From an uncultured Spirochaetota bacterium (lineage in GTDB: Bacteria; Spirochaetota; Brevinematia; Brevinematales; JAOACQ01), in assembly GCA_963768055.1 (NCBI GenBank), contig CAVYGN010000002.1, positions 160,001 to 224,000 of the forward strand: a DNA stretch of 64,000 bases, in the 5' to 3' direction. Numbering within the stretch: position 1 is the first letter of the stretch; each line of letters begins with the position of its first letter. This document shows positions 57,614-64,000 of the stretch, in pieces. The position numbers and the translations under genes are program-made. The notes under the pieces are model-generated. The model worked only from the letters and a program-made list of their open reading frames with translations, did no database searches and was not told the DNA's origin.

Positions 57614-58728
57614 GCGGCTTTCACGAGCGCCAGTATTAATTTTACCGTGTTTTCAAGGTCATCGATCTCGACATATTCCTCAGTTGAATGGACATTCATC
57701 ATGCCTACAGCCAGATTGACAGAGGTCAATTTGTTCTGATTGTAAAGATTCGTGTTGCTTCCCCCCCCTGTTCTTTCAAAACGCGGGACCAGGCCGATCG
57801 ATTCAATAGCCGACTTCGCGAATTTAATTATTTCATCATGTTTTGAAAAATTGAATCCCTTGTACAACTCTTTAAATTCAAGAACTATATCGAGGGCATC
57901 CTTCCTGTTTTCCTCAACCGCAGCAGATATCTCGTTTTTCAAGCGTGTAATCTCATAAATGTTATGAGACCTGAATTCGCCCTTTATAGTGCAATCCTCG
58001 GGAATGATATTAATAGCCTGCCCTCCATCGATCACCCCAACATTTGCGACGGTATCCTTGTTTAATTTTCCCTGAGGCAATTCTTTTATAATTTCAGCGG
58101 CTATCTTGATCGCGTTTATGCCATGTTCCGGCGCTATTCCGGCATGACTTGCCTTTCCCTTGACCCTTACATCATAACCGAAATGATGCGGGGCGGCCAC
58201 AACTACGCCTCCGACTTTACCATGAGAATCAAGAATAAAACCGAAGTCCGTTTTAATCTTTGAAAAATCGAGGTAATGAACGCCGGTAAGCCCTATTTCT
58301 TCCGCAGATGTAAATAAAAAATAAACGTCTCCATGACCGGCTTTCGATGATATTATTTCTTCAAGGGCTATGATCATAGCCGCCACTCCGGCTTTATCGT
58401 CACCGCCGAGAATCGTGCTTCCATCGCTTTTAACCCTGTCATCCGTTACAACGGGTTTTATACCGATCCCGGGTTCAACTGTATCAACATGCGAATCAAA
58501 AAAAATGCTTTTCCTATTTTTTTCATTCGAACATAATTTGACTACCAGATTGCCCGAATTCTCGCCGATTTCATCTATACTATAGGGAATGTATTCTATT
58601 TCAACAGGTAAATCCGACAACCTGTCTTTTAAATAACAAAACATCTTTTCTTCCTTTAACGAGAGGCTGTCTATTTTTACTATTTTTACAAACTCTTCGA
58701 CCACCCTATTTCTGATAGTTATTTCCAT
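57610..58728 (-). CDS. M20 peptidase T-like metallopeptidase
   Basis: SHVDTV.PG, TILGGDDKAG, AEEIGL.G, GGGS, VHSTEE. Confidence 0.9.
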   Translation of the reverse strand: MEITIRNRVVEEFVKIVKIDSLSLKEEKMFCYLKDRLSDLPVEIEYIPYSIDEIGENSGNLVVKLCSNEKNRKSIFFDSHVDTVEPGIGIKPVVTDDRVKSDGSTILGGDDKAGVAAMIIALEEIISSKAGHGDVYFLFTSAEEIGLTGVHYLDFSKIKTDFGFILDSHGKVGGVVVAAPHHFGYDVRVKGKASHAGIAPEHGINAIKIAAEIIKELPQGKLNKDTVANVGVIDGGQAINIIPEDCTIKGEFRSHNIYEITRLKNEISAAVEENRKDALDIVLEFKELYKGFNFSKHDEIIKFAKSAIESIGLVPRFERTGGGSNTNLYNQNKLTSVNLAVGMMNVHSTEEYVEIDDLENTVKLILALVKAA

Positions 58729-59398
58729 TGATACCCCTTAAATACTCTTCGGCCATAATAAGATCGAAAGGCGTTGTGATTTTTATATTATGCTCTTCTC
58801 CGTCAATAATATCGGCTGCCATACCCTGCATCTCAAACAAGCGGGAATCGTCTGTAAAACATGTCAAACCCCTGTCTCCGGCCAACATATGAGCCTTATA
58901 TATAAGGTCGAATTTAAAGACCTGCGGAGTTTGAAGTTCGTAAGCCTTGTTCCTGTCAATATAACCTGAAATCGTTTCAGCATCATCCGATAGGACAAGC
59001 GTGCCGCGAACTTTGACTGCAGGAACAGCGGAACCTTTATCGGCAGCATGGCGAATGCATTTTTTGAGTAATGATAATGAAAAGAGCGGCCTGACGCCGT
59101 CATGAATGACAACAATGTCGATATTTTTTCCCGATAAACGATTGAGCCCGCTTAACACAGAGAGCTGCCTTGAAAGCCCTCCTTCCGCCACTTCTATCGA
59201 ACTTCCGGCAATCAGTTTTCGGGTTTCATCCATCCAGTCCCTGTTCGCCACTAGAACCATATAATCCACGGCATCCTTAAATTTGCCAATACTGTATTCA
59301 AGGATGCCTTTGCCTTGAAGTTTTAAAAATTGTTTGGGGATCGCGGAACCAAACCTTGCCCCGGTTCCGCCGGCCAGAATAATGCCGCCGACTTTCAT
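58706..59398 (-). CDS. ispD: 2-C-methyl-D-erythritol 4-phosphate cytidylyltransferase
   Basis: ILAGGTGARFG..PKQFL, GG.SRQ.SV, IHDGVRP, QTPQ.F, TDD, NIKITTPFDL. Confidence 0.92.
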   Translation of the reverse strand: MKVGGIILAGGTGARFGSAIPKQFLKLQGKGILEYSIGKFKDAVDYMVLVANRDWMDETRKLIAGSSIEVAEGGLSRQLSVLSGLNRLSGKNIDIVVIHDGVRPLFSLSLLKKCIRHAADKGSAVPAVKVRGTLVLSDDAETISGYIDRNKAYELQTPQVFKFDLIYKAHMLAGDRGLTCFTDDSRLFEMQGMAADIIDGEEHNIKITTPFDLIMAEEYLRGINGNNYQK

Positions 59399-59402
59399 AT
59401 GC

Positions 59403-59762
59403 TTATTTGTTTGAACCGGGCCCCATATTTGACAGGATATTAAGTACGTTATTCGTAGAAGCGTTTGTATTCACCGTTATCCCAGGCTGCTGTGTCCCGG
59501 TTTCCTGAGTCTGGCGTGAACGGGTGTAATTATTATATTCCTTGATTTTAATATAACTCATCAAAAAGGCGGTTACAAAAAATATACCTACCAGCCACTT
59601 CGTGAAATTCACCAGCACTTCGCTGGTTTTCGCCCCGAATGCTCCAAGGGTGAGATCGCTGCCGAATACTCCGGATTGGGCCCCGCTGCCTGATTGGAGT
59701 AGAATGACCGGAACCATCAATACTATATCTAAAATAAAGATTACCATTAAAAATGAGAACAT
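59403..59762 (-). CDS. secG: Preprotein translocase subunit SecG
   Basis: ILLQSG.G...G.FG.....FG......L..FT; two TM helices; AGGGAGG RBS. Confidence 0.88.
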   Translation of the reverse strand: MFSFLMVIFILDIVLMVPVILLQSGSGAQSGVFGSDLTLGAFGAKTSEVLVNFTKWLVGIFFVTAFLMSYIKIKEYNNYTRSRQTQETGTQQPGITVNTNASTNNVLNILSNMGPGSNK

Positions 59763-59801
59763 AAATCCTCCCTATTAGACCGCAAAAAAATTTTCAGCTT
59801 T

Positions 59802-60311
59802 TCAACTTTTCAACAATGAAAATACGGGGTATTTGATATTTTCCCTGCCGTTCAAGCCCTCAAGTTCAATCAGAAAAACGCATTCAACGATCTTTCCGCC
59901 CAGGCGTTCCACGAGTTTAATCATCGCCCCGGTTGTGCCTCCTGTGGCAAGAAGATCGTCAATTATAAGAACATTATCGCCGGCTGAAATCGAGTCCTTA
60001 TGGACTTCAATCGCCGCTTCGCCATACTCAAGAGCGTATTTCTGAGAGACGGTCTCAGCCGGAAGCTTCGACGGTTTTCGCGCTGGAACGAATCCCGCAC
60101 CAAGCAGATAAGCCAGAGGAGCCCCCACAATAAAACCCCTGGATTCAGGTCCCACGACTTTATTGATATTTTTACCCCTGCAATGCGAGTACAGGTCGTC
60201 TATACTGCTTTTAAAGGCCGAATGGTCTTTCCATAACGTCGTTAAATCTTTAAACAATATCCCGGCCTTGGGAAAATCAGGCACTTCCCGGATATATGAG
60301 TTATAATCCAT
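59802..60311 (-). CDS. apt: Adenine phosphoribosyltransferase
   Basis: PDFPK.GILFKD, ESRGF, RKPSKLP, YALEYG, IDDLLATGGT. Confidence 0.97.
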   Translation of the reverse strand: MDYNSYIREVPDFPKAGILFKDLTTLWKDHSAFKSSIDDLYSHCRGKNINKVVGPESRGFIVGAPLAYLLGAGFVPARKPSKLPAETVSQKYALEYGEAAIEVHKDSISAGDNVLIIDDLLATGGTTGAMIKLVERLGGKIVECVFLIELEGLNGRENIKYPVFSLLKS

Positions 60312-60458
60312 GGCTTCCCCCTGATAAAAATCTCACCGTTTATTTTACAATATTTATTAAATTCTGTAAATTAATGGTTCAACTATCTTTACACTGATGT
60401 AATTTGAAATATTTGGAGAAGTGATAAGAAAATCTTCAGACGAAATCAGGGGAAGTAT

Positions 60459-61184
60459 TTATCCAAGTTCAAAATAGATATTGCTCAGGGCGGATAACGC
60501 CGCCGTATCTGTTTTAAGAATCATGCCCCCCAGGCTCGCGCTGTGAAAGCCGGCGGTTATTAATCTGTCGGCCTCACCGCAGGAAATTCCTCCTTCAGGG
60601 CCTATTAACAGTTCTATCTTTTTGGCTTTGCTGCCCGATAGAATCTTTTTAAGAGTTTTTTCTTCCTCCAGCTCCCATAAAAGGATTTTCATCGAATCTT
60701 TTAAAAGCATGCCGCCGATATTCTCGATTGAGACGGTATAATGTATAGACATCTGACTGCTTCGCCCGATCTGTTTCATTGTTTCAAGAGCAATCCTTTC
60801 CCATCTTGCGATCTTTTTAAGCCCTCTCTCCTGGGAGAGTTTGGAAATCGTCCTTTCTGTTACGACCGGGACTAACTCATTGACCCCCATCTCGCATGAC
60901 TTTTCCACGATCCAGTCAAATTTTCCTCCCCTGGGAAGGGCCTGGTAAAGGCGTACAAATGTCAACCTTCCCGCCGAAGGGTGTATTTCCAATATTTCCA
61001 GATTAACAATATCCTGCCTTATATCTTTTATCCTGACTTTAAGATTGTTTCCCCTTCCATCAGTCGCCGGTATTATATCACCCAGGTTCTTCCTTAAAAC
61101 ATGAGTTAAATGGTGAACATCGCTTCCGGCGATAAAAGCCGTTATACCATCGATATTTTCATCCGGAATAAAAAATTTTCTCAC
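60459..61184 (-). CDS. rsmE: 16S rRNA m3U1498 methyltransferase
   Basis: HL..VLR, EKSCEMGV, IGPEGG, LG..ILKTDTA; probable GTG start. Confidence 0.92.
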   Translation of the reverse strand: MRKFFIPDENIDGITAFIAGSDVHHLTHVLRKNLGDIIPATDGRGNNLKVRIKDIRQDIVNLEILEIHPSAGRLTFVRLYQALPRGGKFDWIVEKSCEMGVNELVPVVTERTISKLSQERGLKKIARWERIALETMKQIGRSSQMSIHYTVSIENIGGMLLKDSMKILLWELEEEKTLKKILSGSKAKKIELLIGPEGGISCGEADRLITAGFHSASLGGMILKTDTAALSALSNIYFELG

Positions 61185-61200
61185 AATAAATATCTCAATA

Positions 61201-61791
61201 TCAATAATTATATGATAAAAGCTCAAAATACGCCCTGGGATGCTCGCAAACCGGGCATTTTACCGGCGCCTCGGCCGATTCTAATATATACCCGCAGTTC
61301 CTGCATTTCCACAGGACCTTTTTATTCTTTTTGAATACTTCCCCGCTTTTGAGGTTTTGAGCCAGTTTTCTATAACGCTCCTCATGACTTTTCTCAATTT
61401 TAGCTATGCCGCTAAAAGTCCTTGCTGCGTCCATAAAACCTTCCTGCTCGGCTGCTCCTGCAAATTCAGGGTAGAGTTTTGTCCATTCCTCATGCTCTCC
61501 GTCCGCCGCGCTTTCCAGGTTTTTTATTGTATCGTCAGAAAAAGCGATCGGAAAAGCCGCTATGATGTCCTGCATGCAGTCGGTATTTACGTTAGTACAT
61601 AGCTGTTTATAAAAAAGCTTTGCATGTTCTTTTTCATTTTCTGCTGTTTCCATAAAAATCCCTGCGATCTGCTGAAGACCTTCCTTACCGGCGCAGGAAG
61701 AATAAAATGCGTACCTGTTCCTCGCCTGTGATTCTCCGGCAAAGGCCTTCATAAGATTTCCGGCTGTTTTTGAATCCTTGAACTGTTTCAT
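61201..61791 (-). CDS. rbr: Rubrerythrin
   Basis: [45 protein letters not shown]...CPVC.HP. Confidence 0.96.
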   Translation of the reverse strand: MKQFKDSKTAGNLMKAFAGESQARNRYAFYSSCAGKEGLQQIAGIFMETAENEKEHAKLFYKQLCTNVNTDCMQDIIAAFPIAFSDDTIKNLESAADGEHEEWTKLYPEFAGAAEQEGFMDAARTFSGIAKIEKSHEERYRKLAQNLKSGEVFKKNKKVLWKCRNCGYILESAEAPVKCPVCEHPRAYFELLSYNY

Positions 61792-61808
61792 CTCTTCCCC
61801 CTTCTTTA

Positions 61809-62999
61809 CTATATAATCGAAAGCCCTTTATGCTTATGCTCGATCGCACCGGCGAGCTCGTCCAGGGCCCTGAATTCCTTTTCCCCGGGATATCCCTTCG
61901 CGATGACGGGCGTTAAAACTTCGGCTTTTACATTGTAAAGCATCGCCTGGATCTGTTCCAGGGCTTTTCCTCCCCATCCGTAGGAACCGATTACGGATAC
62001 AAATTTCGTCTTCGGCCTGAGCAGGTTATAAAGATAAACTGCGTATGCTACGGAAGGATGCATGCCGCCCAGGACAGTTGGAGCGCCGACAATAACTGTA
62101 GCGGCGTCTGTCACTGCCATAGCGAGTTTGCCCACGTCAGTGACGGTAAGGTCGAAGGGTTTAACATTGATCCGTTTTTCTATAAGCGCGTCTGTCAGAT
62201 AATCGACCATGACCCTGGTACTTCCATGCATCGATATAAATGGAATGATTACGCTATTAGCGACCCTATCGGAAATCCAATCTTTATAACAGTTAATTAT
62301 GTATTCCGGGTTTTTATAAACTGCGCCATGACTGGGCGCTATGATATTAATGTCCAGCGAAAGGATCTTATCAAAATTTCCGGAGATATTCGACCTGAAG
62401 GGATACATTATCTCCGAGAAATATCTGAAAGCCGGCTCCCTTACCTCCTCCTCCTTTCCCTTTTCAATGAACAGGCGGCTGTCCGCTATATGGGAACCGA
62501 ATAAATCGCAGCTGAAGAGAATTTTGTCCTCTTTATTGTAAGTTAACATAGTTTCAGGCCAATGCACCCAGGGAAATATTATGAACTCAAGGGTTTTATC
62601 ACCCAGGGAAAGAGTTTCACGATCCTCTATAACTATAAATTTATCCTCGCTGACCTGAAGAAGGTCCATAAGGAACGCTTTACATTTAGCATTAGTAACC
62701 ACCTTTGCTCCGGGAAACATGCCCAGAAGACCGGGTATGCACCCGGAATGGTCCTGTTCGGCATGATTTGCAATGATATAGTCAATGTTTTTAATTTTAA
62801 GCTTTTTCAGGTTGGCGTAAATTTGATCGGCCGTTCCAGGATCGACGGTGTCTATAAGCGCTGTTTTATCAGTCCCCTTAATAATATAAGAATTATAACT
62901 GGTCCCGTCCGGAAGAGGGATAAGTTCGTCAAATAATCTTCTTCCCCAATCTTTGCCGCCGATCTCAAATATACCTTCTGTTAATTTTCTCGCCACCAT
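61809..62999 (-). CDS. fprA: Flavodiiron protein (FprA-type O2/NO reductase)
   Basis: [37 protein letters not shown]; flavodoxin domain SMHGST, GSYGW. Confidence 0.94.
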   Translation of the reverse strand: MVARKLTEGIFEIGGKDWGRRLFDELIPLPDGTSYNSYIIKGTDKTALIDTVDPGTADQIYANLKKLKIKNIDYIIANHAEQDHSGCIPGLLGMFPGAKVVTNAKCKAFLMDLLQVSEDKFIVIEDRETLSLGDKTLEFIIFPWVHWPETMLTYNKEDKILFSCDLFGSHIADSRLFIEKGKEEEVREPAFRYFSEIMYPFRSNISGNFDKILSLDINIIAPSHGAVYKNPEYIINCYKDWISDRVANSVIIPFISMHGSTRVMVDYLTDALIEKRINVKPFDLTVTDVGKLAMAVTDAATVIVGAPTVLGGMHPSVAYAVYLYNLLRPKTKFVSVIGSYGWGGKALEQIQAMLYNVKAEVLTPVIAKGYPGEKEFRALDELAGAIEHKHKGLSII

Positions 63000-63003
63000 A
63001 TTT

Positions 63004-63702
63004 TTATTCCTTCTTAAACTCGTCTTTAGGGGCGCCGCATACCGGGCATAGCCAGTTTTCCGGTAAATCCTGGAAGCTGGTGCCGGGTTTTATCCCAGCA
63101 TCGGGATCGCCGGCGGCGGGGTCGTAAACATAACCGCAAACTTCACAAACATATTTTTCCATCCTGATATCCTCCTTTATAATTTTTTTATCATGAATAT
63201 TGACATAGGTCGGTGCAAATTTAGACGTTTTCCCCTTTTTAACGTCCCTGTAATAAGCATAAGTCAGAGGCTGGTCTTCCGTCAGGACCGCCGATTCCAA
63301 AAGATTGCCGATGAATATTGAATGGCTGCCCAGATCGACGCTCTTAAAAACTTCGCATACATAATAAGCGATCGAATAATCAAGGATTACTGGAACGCCC
63401 TTTTCCGCTATCTTAAAATTGACGCTTTCAAATTTATTGATTTCCCTCCCCGACCTGAACCCGAATTTCCCGAAAAATTCGAATGGAGCATCCTGTGAAA
63501 GGGCTGAGACTCCGTATAAACCTGAAGTCTCAACCATATTGTGTGTATAGGATTCCTTGTTTATTATAATCTGAAACGTCGGAGGTTCCGAATTTACCTG
63601 GCAGAAAGTATTTCCTAATAAACCGTTATACTTATTGCCCTCGAACGAGGTAAAAAGGTAAAGCCCGTATGTAACTTTAAATAAAGCTTCAATATCAACC
63701 AT
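63004..63702 (-). CDS. hrb: Flavin reductase-rubredoxin fusion (high-molecular-weight rubredoxin)
   Basis: YGLY, FGFRSGR.INKF, GSHSIF, PLTYAYY; C-terminal [10 protein letters not shown]...WLCPVCGA. Confidence 0.92.
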   Translation of the reverse strand: MVDIEALFKVTYGLYLFTSFEGNKYNGLLGNTFCQVNSEPPTFQIIINKESYTHNMVETSGLYGVSALSQDAPFEFFGKFGFRSGREINKFESVNFKIAEKGVPVILDYSIAYYVCEVFKSVDLGSHSIFIGNLLESAVLTEDQPLTYAYYRDVKKGKTSKFAPTYVNIHDKKIIKEDIRMEKYVCEVCGYVYDPAAGDPDAGIKPGTSFQDLPENWLCPVCGAPKDEFKKE

Positions 63703-63761
63703 GTTATGAAAACCCTCCGAATTGATATTTTGATACGCAGAGTGAAATAAGTCAAGATTAA

Positions 63762-64000
63762 TTACGCCCTGGTTAGCATATTGAAAAATCTTTTTTTACT
63801 GTCTTCAAGAATGTTCATCATGTTTTTAAATATTTCTCCTTTGGATACAATTATGCGGGCGGTTCCTTCTTTAACCGCCTGCATCCCGACAGCCTCCGCA
63901 ACATGGGCAAAGGCTTCCAGGTCATAAACCGAAGGTATGATCCTTTCAGCAGATAATTCGGTTTCGCTTAAAAATCCGGACAAAGCCAGAGCCGCAGCCA
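63762..64000 (-). CDS. C-terminal part of a malic enzyme (runs off the window edge)
   Basis: AALALS......[10 protein letters not shown]......VAEAV...AVKEG.AR. Confidence 0.75.
   Translation of the reverse strand, partial: AAALALSGFLSETELSAERIIPSVYDLEAFAHVAEAVGMQAVKEGTARIIVSKGEIFKNMMNILEDSKKRFFNMLTRA

Overview
Bacterial chromosomal window, about 60 genes. The gene content (many TPR proteins and lipoproteins, PilZ, TPR-Mrr proteins, M18 aminopeptidase, a sigma28-like promoter, an Hrb/FprA/rubrerythrin oxidative-stress cluster) suggests an anaerobic or microaerophilic spirochaete; this taxonomy is inference. Housekeeping genes include uvrC, nadC, ssrA (tmRNA, tag AKDDYSFAMAA), tsaE, mtnP, pgi, pyk, dus, pdxJ, ispD, secG, apt and rsmE. 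No integrase, transposase, reverse transcriptase or CRISPR array is visible. The intergenic DNA carries several repeat families. (1) Short CACAGAT-unit terminal repeats (TTGGAACCACAGAT...ATCTGTGGTTTCAA) bracket, in inverted orientation, two AT-rich inserted cassettes (an ankyrin gene and a truncated DNA methyltransferase); one end also sits beside a third cassette (ABC-ATPase + TOPRIM candidate defence pair). (2) A family of ~200-280 bp long imperfect hairpins with compensatory changes between copies, usually followed by a GTCAT...ATGAC REP-like palindrome. (3) ~110 bp MITEs with AGGGCRGTTCTAATAAC-type ends. Other notable items: an RLAN/RimK ATP-grasp/GNAT operon, several predicted pseudo-enzymes, a LacI-type-sensor/MCP fusion, and an internal ribosome-binding site that could release a free rubredoxin from hrb. 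All calls were made by eye from motifs; no searches were run.
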